A program made the translations under genes and the position numbers. DNA of 43,218 nt from a virus (Duplodnaviria; Heunggongvirae; Uroviricota; Caudoviricetes), in IMG/VR virus record IMGVR_UViG_3300035659_001474, positions 85,110-128,327 of that record; one strand, written 5' to 3'. This document shows, in pieces, positions 10,890 to 21,700 of the stretch (position 1 is the first letter of the stretch; each line of letters begins with the position of its first letter). The notes under the pieces are model-generated. The model searched no databases. It saw only the letters and a program-made list of their open reading frames with translations, and was not told the DNA's origin.

Positions 10890-10901
10890 ATTTATCTCCA
10901 A

Positions 10902-12386
10902 TTAACTTGCTAATGGCTTATTGAAATACAATGTAGTATTCATAGTAATAGCAGTCGCAGCCTGTGAAACAATAGTTGCAGTTATTTCATAAAAACTTGC
11001 ATCATAATCGCTTTGTTGTACTATGATGTTGTCAAAATAACTGAAAAATTCTTCATCAGTCACTTGTTGATATTGAGTTTGCTGTAACTGTAAGTCTTTT
11101 ATCTTACTACCACCATCAATTATCTCACTCTTAAACTTAGGATTGTAATATTCTGGTACATGAGCTGTTCCAATGAAAGATACTAATTGTGTTCCCCACC
11201 AAGGATTAGCTTTATTAGTGCCTTGAATTGCAATAGTAAATTTCAACACATCTTGTAACAACTTTTGCTCATCTTGCACAATAATCAGTTCACCCAATTT
11301 ATCATAATCAAAATCGTTCACTTGACCAGTACGTCTACACTTCTTACACTTGTTAATGTCTACTTGATAATCAACTGAAATTATATCTGCTGGATTTGCA
11401 CTTCTATAATTATAGGTAACTGTTACTACATCTGTCTTTGCAGGTTTGAATCCTAAAACTATCAATCCAGTATTTGGATTGAAATTCACAGGAAACACCC
11501 TATGGCCATTTATTTTCACAATGATTTGTGTAATCATTGTCGTAGAAGGATCAGTACTTAATTTGGCTCTTGGTGGAATTATTGGTTTGTTTTTTGTATA
11601 AAATCTGTCTTCTAGTCCAGAGAATTGAGATGAATCATTTTCATTTTGTACTAGTATTTGATTAGTTTGCTTTACTCTATCAAATACTAACGTGCTACTT
11701 TTCACTGTATCATTGTTAATTATTTGCCAACCATCATCTGCTAAATAGTAATATGAAATCAATACATCATGACCAACATCAGGCGCTACTTTAACTGTAA
11801 TTACACCTGAATCAGCATTTATTGCAGTCACTTTAGCTTTATAGTTATACGTTACAGTAACAATTGAACCGGCAAGAGGTTTGTGCTTTAGTATGATTTT
11901 ACCGTATAACGGTTCAATAGAATCTATTTCAGCAACTATAGAATTGACTGTTACAACAACATCATTAGATGTGAGTTGTACAGCAAAGATATCATATATT
12001 GATGTTAATGGTCTATGTTGCGTAACTAATAAGTAGTCATTACCAGTGAACTGAGCTGATGCATCTTCATCATGTACAATAACTTGTACAAAAGCGTCAG
12101 TTAATCTCGTTGCTGCTTGTCGTTTGTTTGTACCATTGTAAATTGGTGTATTAGAAACTGCAAATGTAGAGTTTGTACCAGTGACTTGATTTGTGACATT
12201 TTCAGTGTATAATATTTCAGTTTGATTATCTTTGTTCCATGATATGTTGTTTACTCTAACAGATGCGTTATTAATGTTTGCAACAAGTGAATTCAAATAT
12301 ACTGTTTTGAAGTCAACGTCGACGGCATGATCTTCTTCAACTACTCTATGATCACAATATCGCAATAGTTTTGTATCGTATGACAT
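10902..12386 (-). CDS. gp25-like baseplate wedge/sheath-initiator protein with inserted beta-modules, 494 aa
   Basis: C-terminal NDFDYDKLGEL..VQDEQKLLQDVLK....GTN.ANPWWGTQL.SFIG. Sits immediately before baseplate J. N-terminal CDH and internal CKKC. Confidence 0.7.
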   Translation of the reverse strand: MSYDTKLLRYCDHRVVEEDHAVDVDFKTVYLNSLVANINNASVRVNNISWNKDNQTEILYTENVTNQVTGTNSTFAVSNTPIYNGTNKRQAATRLTDAFVQVIVHDEDASAQFTGNDYLLVTQHRPLTSIYDIFAVQLTSNDVVVTVNSIVAEIDSIEPLYGKIILKHKPLAGSIVTVTYNYKAKVTAINADSGVITVKVAPDVGHDVLISYYYLADDGWQIINNDTVKSSTLVFDRVKQTNQILVQNENDSSQFSGLEDRFYTKNKPIIPPRAKLSTDPSTTMITQIIVKINGHRVFPVNFNPNTGLIVLGFKPAKTDVVTVTYNYRSANPADIISVDYQVDINKCKKCRRTGQVNDFDYDKLGELIIVQDEQKLLQDVLKFTIAIQGTNKANPWWGTQLVSFIGTAHVPEYYNPKFKSEIIDGGSKIKDLQLQQTQYQQVTDEEFFSYFDNIIVQQSDYDASFYEITATIVSQAATAITMNTTLYFNKPLAS

Positions 12387-12848
12387 TTATGCTTCTTTTT
12401 CGGCCGTTAAGAACGGATGTCTAGAATCAAACAACGAATTTATAGTTTCAATGTCAGTTCTGAATTCACCTTTTGATATTCGTAATAGATGTATTCGTTC
12501 TTGTAACTGTTCTATCTCGTCCATTAGCTTTCTAATCTTATGCTCATAATAATCTTTGACTTTTATGTTCTGATAAAATGGTTGCTTGACTTTCTGCACT
12601 AGTAATGCAGAATCTGAATCATCAACTTGACTTTGTATTTTTCTATGAAATGTGTTTGCGAATATTTTAGATTTAGCATTAACACGAGCTGATTGATTCG
12701 ATAATTCTGTCATCGTCTTTTGTAGCTTATTTGATTCTAAAACCATGTGGTTTATCTGAGCGTCAGCTTTATTGAGCTCGCCTTGCAAAAAAGTGCGTAA
12801 GTTTTCTAAATCTTGTTTCGAAAATATGCCCAAAAAATCAAATGCCAC
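12387..12848 (-). CDS. Hypothetical coiled-coil protein, 153 aa
   Basis: GGAGG 6 nt before GTG 12848. Heptad-rich segments (KIRKLMDEIEQLQERIHLL). Stop abuts the next ATG. Confidence 0.7.
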   Translation of the reverse strand: MAFDFLGIFSKQDLENLRTFLQGELNKADAQINHMVLESNKLQKTMTELSNQSARVNAKSKIFANTFHRKIQSQVDDSDSALLVQKVKQPFYQNIKVKDYYEHKIRKLMDEIEQLQERIHLLRISKGEFRTDIETINSLFDSRHPFLTAEKEA

Positions 12849-12879
12849 CTTAAACCTCCATAGATACTTGACTATCAAA

Positions 12880-15800
12880 TCACTTAAAAAATAACTTCAA
12901 GAATTGATACGTCGCTTGAATCTCTGAAGCATTTGCTGACCCAATCAGCAACACTATGCCTGCCGTATACCCATCAGATCCAGAATCAGGTCCTCCCTCA
13001 GCAGACTGAATCATTTGCTTTACTCTCTGCGTTCCACCCACTGCCGGATCTATCGTCAATATATAAAATCCAGCCTCACTACCAAAAATAGCCAAGAACG
13101 TATTCAATATCTTCTGTATCGTATCAATCAAACTCTGTAAAGCAGTAATCTTCTTTGACAACAAATCAATAAACTGTGTCGTTGAATCTGATCCCTTTTG
13201 TATCGCATCAATCTCTTTATTTACCCACGCTTCTAACGTATCAATAAATCCCTCAACTGGCTTTATAAACGACTTCATAGCTGCCAAACTAGTCCAATTA
13301 GGATACATGCCTATACTTTGCTCACTAAGTGCCTGATATCCTGCGCACACTCCCGTAGTTTCAATACAGAAATTCGGATCGTTACGCTTCATCAAATCAA
13401 GCGCTCGAACTTCACCACCCACTGTGGCATCTTGACATCTATACTGATCAAAAAATGTCGCATTCGGTATACATCTATTATCTAACTTTGTATTACCCTT
13501 ATTCAAACAAACAGTGCCACCATGATATAGACATCTAGCATTATGATAATCTGTACAATTAGCTTGATTAGTTCCATCATTACACTTTACAGCATCAAAT
13601 TGTGTCTTCTGCTTTGCGCACTGTGCAGTATAATCGCTAGTATAATACTCAACAACGATATAATCACCCTGTTTGTAACCAGCATTAGATATATCACTCA
13701 GTGTCAAAATTGTATCATTACCCTGATATGTCACTAACAAGTCCCATCCAGGAACTAACCTAGTATCATTCAATATACCGAAATACTCATTTTTATTCAA
13801 TTGAACTCTTTGATCATCTAAAGAGCTATTATTTTGATAACTACCTGCATCATCCCAGTTCTTTATAGTACCATTATCAAAAAATATCGTACTATCAATA
13901 CTCAAATTGTTAACTGAAATTCTTCTAGCAGCTTCTGATGGATTCCTAACAACTAAAGTACTAATGTCAACATGAACTGAAGTGATCGTCTGTACGAATG
14001 TGTTAACCTGTTGTTGATTTGCATCTGGAACCACATTATTAGCATTATATCTAGATTGTGATTGAATAACTATTCCTGTACGATTTATCAGCTTAACAGT
14101 TAGTTGTGGCAACGATCTCGTAGTCTTTGTTGTAGCTTTAGTCTTAATACATCTAAAATTAACACATCGATTTAGAAATGATTCACTTGATGATGACACT
14201 ACTTGAGTTTGTATTTTTGTGCCTACAACTTCATTAGACAATTTACTATATATGTCACCTAATTTTGATCTAACTGTATAATAGTAATTCTTACCGGATT
14301 CTACACTAGAATCTTTAAACTCGTAACCCATTGCTTTAGCAGTATCTTCATTATTAGCATTCTTCCAACCAACAGCGAAATTCTCAGTTCTAAATTGATA
14401 CTCTTTGGCAGACACTGTACCTACCATTTTATCAGCACTTCCATTGGATGTGACAGTTTTGTTTGTCACTATATCAATTACATCACCAATTTTGGAAATT
14501 ATTTGATTATTTTCATCATAATGATCTTGCGTTGCAGTCACTAATCTTGACTGATTCTCTGACCTATAAACTTCAAAACTATCAATCAAATCTACAAACT
14601 TCTGCTTGTTAAAAATACCAGCAACATTAAACGTCAAAAACTCTGGCAATTCCCATCTCAAAGTAATTGCAGTACCTGATAATGCTTGTAACGCTTGAGG
14701 TTCTTGCACATTCGGTTGCCACTCAATTGATGTAAATATCTTCTTAAGAGCGATTATACCCTTAACAATTTCAGAAATATTTCCAGAATCAATAGCTATC
14801 ACAAACGCACCACAAGTACCAGTATTAGAAAACTGTGGTCGTTGATTATCGTAAATGTCATCAAATGAATTAACAACTCGTTGCTTAAAATTCGCTGATC
14901 CTCCACCAATACTAGCTAAAAACTTAGCAAAATCACTAGTATTGTTACCTGGATCATAATAACTAGTACTTGGAAAAATCGGCAACATGTAAACGCCAGA
15001 TGATAACAAATCATCAACATACATCTTAATCACATTAAATATCTGTTGTAATATAGCTTTTAATGCACTTTGTTCATCAACCAACAGCACTTTAATTATA
15101 CTAAATATTGATTGTATCAATGTCAAAATAGTCTTCAATGGATCAATAACATTATTGACGTCGTTCGCAGCAGACACTAATGCACTTGGTATCATCTGAT
15201 TCAAATTAAATGATTGCCATTCACCATCAGGCTGTATTCCCTTACCCTTAAGCAATACTTCTACATTTGGACTATCAGAGTCATTGTTGATTATACTGAT
15301 CTTACCTGTAATGAAATCACTTGGTGCATTTTGCGGTGAAAATCTAACTGTAAATTGTGTTGACGCACCAGGTGCTATATTAACGGCTGATGCAGATACT
15401 AATGAAAATGTTGCAGGATTTTCAGTCACAGAAATACTAGTTATTGACAATGTCTCTGAACCCTTATTAAACACCTCAAGAATCTTCTGTGAAACCTCCC
15501 TAACATTTGTATTGTCAAATTGAAGCCTTGACACTGTCTGAATAACGGGCTTATCAACACCAGTGCCTGTTATAGCATAATTTATCTCAGATTGCGATTC
15601 ATCATCACTCAATATCTTAATACTCTCTGTATACACTTGCGCAACTGTTGGCTTAAATGACACTGTAACATCATACGAACTATTTGGCAATACAGAAAAT
15701 ACTGTCGGACTAATCACAAAATATGCAGAATTCAATTGCAAATCTACAGCTAAATCTACTGTCCCAGTATTTCCAATTGTAAATGTCTTATCAGTCTGTA

Positions 15801-18549
15801 TATTAACAGGTGCATGACCAAAATCAAATGATGATGGTAAAGAAATGTGAGGATAGTCTCCTTGACCAACTACTGCTATACTCAAATCTGGTGCATTACT
15901 ATGTATCACTATATTTTGATTAACTAAAACATTATTTGTCGGACTAAACATTATCTCTAAATCATACGTCTCATTAGGGTCAATACTAAATTGACTAGTA
16001 GTCACTGAAAATGGAGCCACAACTGTTATACTTATCACATGTAATTTGACAGTACCAGTATTCTTAAGAACTACTTTTTGCGCCACTGTTGCATCAACTT
16101 TTGCAACAAATTCAACCAACACACTATCTTGTGCTATAGAAGCTACATTTGCAACTCCAGTACCAGACGCGTTTATAAGTAACGTCGGATTGACTTCGTC
16201 ATTTGATTGAGCAGTGATTGATCCTGATTGATAACCAAGTTGTCTTGGTGAAAATCCTATACTAACTGTACTATGATTATTCGCAAGAATCGTAATAGAA
16301 CTAGTTGGTAATCTTTGATCATAATTAACTCTTAACGATTTACCACTAGCTGCAGAGTTTACTGTTATTGCACCTGTATCTGTATTTACTGAAAATTGAT
16401 TAGGATTAGATGGATCTCCCAAGACATATTGATCACCTGTAACATTGTCAATAACAGTTACTGAATCTAAAATTAATGCTTGATTTGAAGTATTGACTGT
16501 GTATTTTGAATTTGAATATGCAACTGTCAGATTTTCTTGAATAGGTGTCTTAAAATGAAACACATCATTAGTTGATGACAAATTCACTAACAAATCAGCT
16601 TCACGACTAGTATTAGTAATAACTATATCTTGAAAATCTGTTTCACCAATTGCAACACTACCAAAATTCAAACTACTACTAGATAACTGAATTGTTGGTG
16701 CAAATACTTCACCTTCATATCTAATAACTAAAGATGTAGCAACGTCACCAACAGTAGTACTGAACTTCAAATCACTTGCAACTATACCCACACTAGTAGC
16801 TAATATAGTCACATTAATAGTAACAGCCTCTCCAGGCATAAGAGTAATTGGCAAATTATCTGCTGTTATACTATAAGAAGCTACTCCTAACAAGTCTGTA
16901 ACTGAATAACTATTAATTGACGATGATAATGAGCTGCTATTGATTATGATTAATTGTGTAGTGCTGGCTATACCTTTAGATATGAAATTGTTAGTGATTT
17001 TCTCAGGTATAACAGTAAATGAATGATTAGCATCTGCTGATCCTAACAAATTTACTAACACTGTTGGATTGAATATATCATTTGAATTTATTGTCAACAA
17101 TTCATCAACACTACCAGGTGCATCAATTGAAAATGCCACACTTACTATATGTGAATCATGACCCGGTACTACAAAACTATTCTCAGAAACTGTAAACGCA
17201 TTAATGTCGGCAATAGCGACTGACAATTGCACATCTGCTGTATTTTGTACTGTGAATGATAATACTTTTTGAGAACCTATTTGAATAGTACCAAAATCTA
17301 AAATCGTTACATCAATAGATATTAATGGTGATCGTGCAACACCACTAATAACAATAGTATGAGGATTATTAAATGCATCACTATTTATAGTGATGACATC
17401 TACAAATGAGACTTCTGACACTGAATGTATAGTTATAGTAAATGTTAGAGTGTCACCATGATTTACTATCTGAGGGAAAGTTACAGACGGTATAAATGTT
17501 GTGCCTGCTACTGTTGGAAATGTCACGCTACTTATTGTAAGATCAACTACACCAATGTTTTGTATTGTAATGATTTCAGTTTGATCAATATTTAGCGAGT
17601 ATATACCAAGGCTAATAACAGTTGGTTGTATTTTTACTGCCGGTACGACTAAGCCTATACCATAATAAATAACAGTTATTAGACCTGCATTACTCGACAG
17701 TCTTATAAATCCAGAAATCACAGCAGATGATGTAGGTAAAAATGTAGCTGTAAATGTCTGTGTTTGTAATGGCAAAATCTTAATACTTGAAATATCTAAT
17801 GACACTTTATCATCATAAATAGTGACTGAATTAACAATGAAATTAATGTCGTTTTCATTGTTAGTAATATCAAATGTAACGCTTGCAGTTGTATTAATAG
17901 GTATAGACCCAAAATTTAATGATGATGTCGACAGTGTGTAAGATGGTACAATACCATTACCACTAGTATTGAATGTATAAAGACCTATTGAATCATTTGT
18001 AAGTAGATTTATTTGCTCACTTTTAGCACCTGATGTTGTTGGAGCAAACTGTATTTCAATATTTGCAGATTGACCTGCAAGTACTTTAATTGTAGACTGC
18101 TTAATAATGAAATTTGGATCTGCACTTAAAATATTTACTGTTAATATTGAATCATTTGTCGCTGTATTACTAATTGTTCGAGTCAAAACTGCAGTATCGC
18201 TGACACTCAATCTACCAAAATCCATTACTGATGTATCAATAATAACTACAGGTTCTTTCACATTAGCTGATACGTTAATGATTTCTGCCGGACCCGCAGT
18301 ATTTGAAATTGAGATAGTACCAGTAGCAGTTAATTGATTATTAGCTGTGTATCTTATAGTTATGTTTTTAGATGAATAAGCATCTATAGAGAATGATAAT
18401 GGTACTATTTCATAATCTGTGCTTGAGCTTACAATATTAGTAATACTGACAGCAGTTGCAGCAGTATTGTAAATTGTCACTTGTTTGCTGACAATTTCAC
18501 CTTTTGATAGTGAACCAAAATTTAGTATTGTAGATGATAGGCTAATCAT
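12880..18549 (-). CDS. Putative virion protein, 1889 aa: ten ASH/choice-of-anchor-D repeats, helical segment, FN3-like domain, Cys-rich segment and C-terminal coiled coil
   Basis: About 100-aa repeats P.I.....LDFG.......ITN.G...L...........G....V.F.P.......L.I.SND......L.G.G in residues 1 to about 1090. FN3-like ITLRWELP...FEVYRSE...YYYTVRS. Confidence 0.75.
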   Translation of the reverse strand: MISLSSTILNFGSLSKGEIVSKQVTIYNTAATAVSITNIVSSSTDYEIVPLSFSIDAYSSKNITIRYTANNQLTATGTISISNTAGPAEIINVSANVKEPVVIIDTSVMDFGRLSVSDTAVLTRTISNTATNDSILTVNILSADPNFIIKQSTIKVLAGQSANIEIQFAPTTSGAKSEQINLLTNDSIGLYTFNTSGNGIVPSYTLSTSSLNFGSIPINTTASVTFDITNNENDINFIVNSVTIYDDKVSLDISSIKILPLQTQTFTATFLPTSSAVISGFIRLSSNAGLITVIYYGIGLVVPAVKIQPTVISLGIYSLNIDQTEIITIQNIGVVDLTISSVTFPTVAGTTFIPSVTFPQIVNHGDTLTFTITIHSVSEVSFVDVITINSDAFNNPHTIVISGVARSPLISIDVTILDFGTIQIGSQKVLSFTVQNTADVQLSVAIADINAFTVSENSFVVPGHDSHIVSVAFSIDAPGSVDELLTINSNDIFNPTVLVNLLGSADANHSFTVIPEKITNNFISKGIASTTQLIIINSSSLSSSINSYSVTDLLGVASYSITADNLPITLMPGEAVTINVTILATSVGIVASDLKFSTTVGDVATSLVIRYEGEVFAPTIQLSSSSLNFGSVAIGETDFQDIVITNTSREADLLVNLSSTNDVFHFKTPIQENLTVAYSNSKYTVNTSNQALILDSVTVIDNVTGDQYVLGDPSNPNQFSVNTDTGAITVNSAASGKSLRVNYDQRLPTSSITILANNHSTVSIGFSPRQLGYQSGSITAQSNDEVNPTLLINASGTGVANVASIAQDSVLVEFVAKVDATVAQKVVLKNTGTVKLHVISITVVAPFSVTTSQFSIDPNETYDLEIMFSPTNNVLVNQNIVIHSNAPDLSIAVVGQGDYPHISLPSSFDFGHAPVNIQTDKTFTIGNTGTVDLAVDLQLNSAYFVISPTVFSVLPNSSYDVTVSFKPTVAQVYTESIKILSDDESQSEINYAITGTGVDKPVIQTVSRLQFDNTNVREVSQKILEVFNKGSETLSITSISVTENPATFSLVSASAVNIAPGASTQFTVRFSPQNAPSDFITGKISIINNDSDSPNVEVLLKGKGIQPDGEWQSFNLNQMIPSALVSAANDVNNVIDPLKTILTLIQSIFSIIKVLLVDEQSALKAILQQIFNVIKMYVDDLLSSGVYMLPIFPSTSYYDPGNNTSDFAKFLASIGGGSANFKQRVVNSFDDIYDNQRPQFSNTGTCGAFVIAIDSGNISEIVKGIIALKKIFTSIEWQPNVQEPQALQALSGTAITLRWELPEFLTFNVAGIFNKQKFVDLIDSFEVYRSENQSRLVTATQDHYDENNQIISKIGDVIDIVTNKTVTSNGSADKMVGTVSAKEYQFRTENFAVGWKNANNEDTAKAMGYEFKDSSVESGKNYYYTVRSKLGDIYSKLSNEVVGTKIQTQVVSSSSESFLNRCVNFRCIKTKATTKTTRSLPQLTVKLINRTGIVIQSQSRYNANNVVPDANQQQVNTFVQTITSVHVDISTLVVRNPSEAARRISVNNLSIDSTIFFDNGTIKNWDDAGSYQNNSSLDDQRVQLNKNEYFGILNDTRLVPGWDLLVTYQGNDTILTLSDISNAGYKQGDYIVVEYYTSDYTAQCAKQKTQFDAVKCNDGTNQANCTDYHNARCLYHGGTVCLNKGNTKLDNRCIPNATFFDQYRCQDATVGGEVRALDLMKRNDPNFCIETTGVCAGYQALSEQSIGMYPNWTSLAAMKSFIKPVEGFIDTLEAWVNKEIDAIQKGSDSTTQFIDLLSKKITALQSLIDTIQKILNTFLAIFGSEAGFYILTIDPAVGGTQRVKQMIQSAEGGPDSGSDGYTAGIVLLIGSANASEIQATYQFLKLFFK

Positions 18550-18748
18550 TTTTGAATTTCATCCCCTCAAGAATTTTATTGAGTTCTTCTTTATTCATTT
18601 GTATCACACCAAGACGTTTTAGATTTTCAAGTTTGTGAACTAGTTCTCTTTTTTCATGTTCTAGAGATTCTTTTAGTCCTGTAAGAACTGGTTCTAGAAT
18701 ATTTTGAAATCCAATTTTATTTGTTCGATCCCATTTGATGTCAGACAT
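18542..18748 (-). CDS. Small coiled-coil hypothetical protein, 68 aa
   Basis: TAATG overlap with the upstream gene and overlap with the downstream start. Charged helical sequence. Confidence 0.65.
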   Translation of the reverse strand: MSDIKWDRTNKIGFQNILEPVLTGLKESLEHEKRELVHKLENLKRLGVIQMNKEELNKILEGMKFKND

Positions 18749-21700
18749 TATGACCCCAACATTGTTTGAATTTGAGTAATTTTATTATTGTTATCGACAA
18801 TAGTGTTCTGGGCATTGAAAATACTAAGTTCTTTTTGACCAACATTGTAGTACGAACCAGTCTTTTTATTCAATCGATTAACAACTTCAGTCCATCTTTC
18901 ATTATACAATGTCGGTGACAAATCTGTCTCAATAACAGGTATTCTGTTTACTATTTGTGTTTGACGAGTTCCAATATAACTTGTTCTATCAGCAATTTGC
19001 GACAATCTCAAATTCATATTTATATTGTCTGTCACATTATAAGTAGCAGTTAAGTCTTTGTATTCATAACCACGCAATAAACGTCTATCAAAGAAATATA
19101 TACTATCATTAACTATTCTTTGTAATGATGAACTTGCAACTGATTGTAATTCAATATTCACTGCTGACGACAAATTGTCAGTATAAAATCCTAATCTAGT
19201 TGCACAATCATTACTAGTTATTTGCATCGTACTAGTACTAGTAAACTTTATGAATCTAGGAACAAGATCAGCTGTAGTAGTGACTCCTGTAAAACTCAAA
19301 ATACTAGCAGCCTCAACTGCTGTCACAAAATAATTATTAGTAAATGGCCCTGTACCAACAGTCTCTACTGTACCCAATTTTAACGGTGTTTGCAATGTAC
19401 CGCCAATAATATTGACTCTAGAATTAGTGCCGGCAGATCCAGAATATAAATTGTATGTTCCGCTATATGTGCAAATGAAATTGGTATATGCTGGTTGATT
19501 CTCTACTGAATTTGCAACTAACAGTCTCACTAAATTTTGAATCATGGCTGCAGTATCAGCACCATTGTATGTTGCCCATGGAAATGTAATTGTTTTAGCT
19601 GATTCACCGCTTATAGTCAATATTATTGTATCACCTGAAGCTGCAAATTCTGCTGGACTAGTATCAGAAATTGATGAGCCATTAGTACATGAAACAGTTA
19701 TAGTTTGCAAAACATAAGTACCTACTTGCATTGAAAATTGATCACCATTGAACAATGTATATTTCTCTGAATATCTTGACCATATCTCATTTAATAATGA
19801 AGTACTATATGCAGCAGTAACTGCAGCTATTAGATCTGAAATATGAGGATAGCTACTGAACAGCAATTGCAAATCGTTAGCTTGACCGCCTGACCAATAT
19901 ACTGTAGTAAACAATTGTGTCGGTGTAATGGTCACTTTAACATTAGTAACAGCATGAACTATTAGATCAGGTGTAGTAAAAGTTACCATATTTGTACGTA
20001 AAGTGAAACCTATTTTCTCTTGTAACTTATAATTTACACTACTACCGTATGTAGATGTCATATTACGAACAGCCAAAAACTTATTATCACTATAGCGAAA
20101 TTCTACTGCTGGTCTATCATATACTCTATCATTATGACCAGTAGATGTCGCATAAACAGTTACTTGAGTAGTTTGACCTTCACCAAACACTGTCTTTGAA
20201 ATCGTCTCAGTTTCTTGCCGTAAATGCATCATTGCTTTATTTGGCAATAACAACAAAACATCATTATAATCAGTCATCAAACTATTATACTCAGCTAACA
20301 TATCTGTGTATACTGAATCTGCAATACCGTAAGCTGCTGCTCGTAATGACATTTGTGAACCAATCACTTGTAATACTGCATTCTTAACAAACAATTCAAC
20401 ATTAGCAACATTAATCCAATTGTTTAACCTTGCATCATTGTCTATGGAAGTTTGAATTCTGAGCGCAGTAACTGCCGCACCTTCTAATGATAATACTGAC
20501 GATTCTTCTGACAATGCAATTGTTTCTGTTAATACAGAATCTACATAATACGGTGGCTGAAAATTCAAATACGCATACGGCACAAATTGCGGTATCAAAG
20601 CCATACTAAAGAAATCTACACCTGCAAAAGATATTGAATTACTAATAAATGTTTTAGCAACAGCTGAGTCTGAAAAGTTGGCAAAACCCATAAATGTTGC
20701 TATACTAGTAGACTTATTAGCACCAGAATTAAACAACAATTGCACATTATTCTTTGCGCTAATTATGAACCTATACAATGGTTTCTGTTTATACTGAACA
20801 ACATATTCATTAGAAGAAGTAGTATTAGCATTCAATAAATCTTGTAAAGCACTTGCTAATTCAGATTCAGAATAATCACCGTCCGGCAAAAACACTGCAT
20901 TTGTAGCACCGTCAGATATATTAAAAGCATTAACTTGTGAACTTATACGTATTTTGTTACCATACAAATTTGGTTGACTCAAACTAGCACGATCATACAT
21001 TGATGTAGTTTGCAGCATCAATTGTATACCTGAAATCAGAGCATTATTCATTGAAAGTAAAGAATAACAACTAAATGTTGGATTTGACAAGCTTGAGCAT
21101 TGTAGACAAGTACTTTGATTGAGATAATTGTAGAGATCATTTAGAGTATCGTATGATGTCTCGTTTTCTTTACTATCTGTTGGTTGATCCATACCGATTT
21201 GAAATCTAAAATCTCTATTAGCGTCATCTGCTGGTAATATTTGCACTGACGATTTATTTCCAAATGTTCCTGAATAGATGATAAACTTTCCACTATCAGA
21301 ATAATACTGACACTCAGCTGTTGTGTATCCACCAGCGTTGACAGCTCTTAATGTGCTTTGTATCAATAACGCAATTTTCGGTCCATTATTTGGTTGTGCA
21401 GGAAGTAATCCAGTACTATAGCTTTGGCGCCAATCGCTACTATAGTCATCAATTGCTAATCCTAATGAACTTTGCACTGGTATTCTAATATCAAATGTCA
21501 ATTGTAATGATTGTTCATTGCCATCTATATTGATCTTCAAATTGTTATTAGCATATTTGCCAGCTACCATCACTTGATTATTAGTGAATTTCATCAAATT
21601 AGCTAAATCAGTTGGAACAGCTGACGTGATCACTTGAGCTGTAGAAGTAGCGCCACCAGTACCAGATACTATAGTGAATGTCTGTATGACTTGGTTATAG

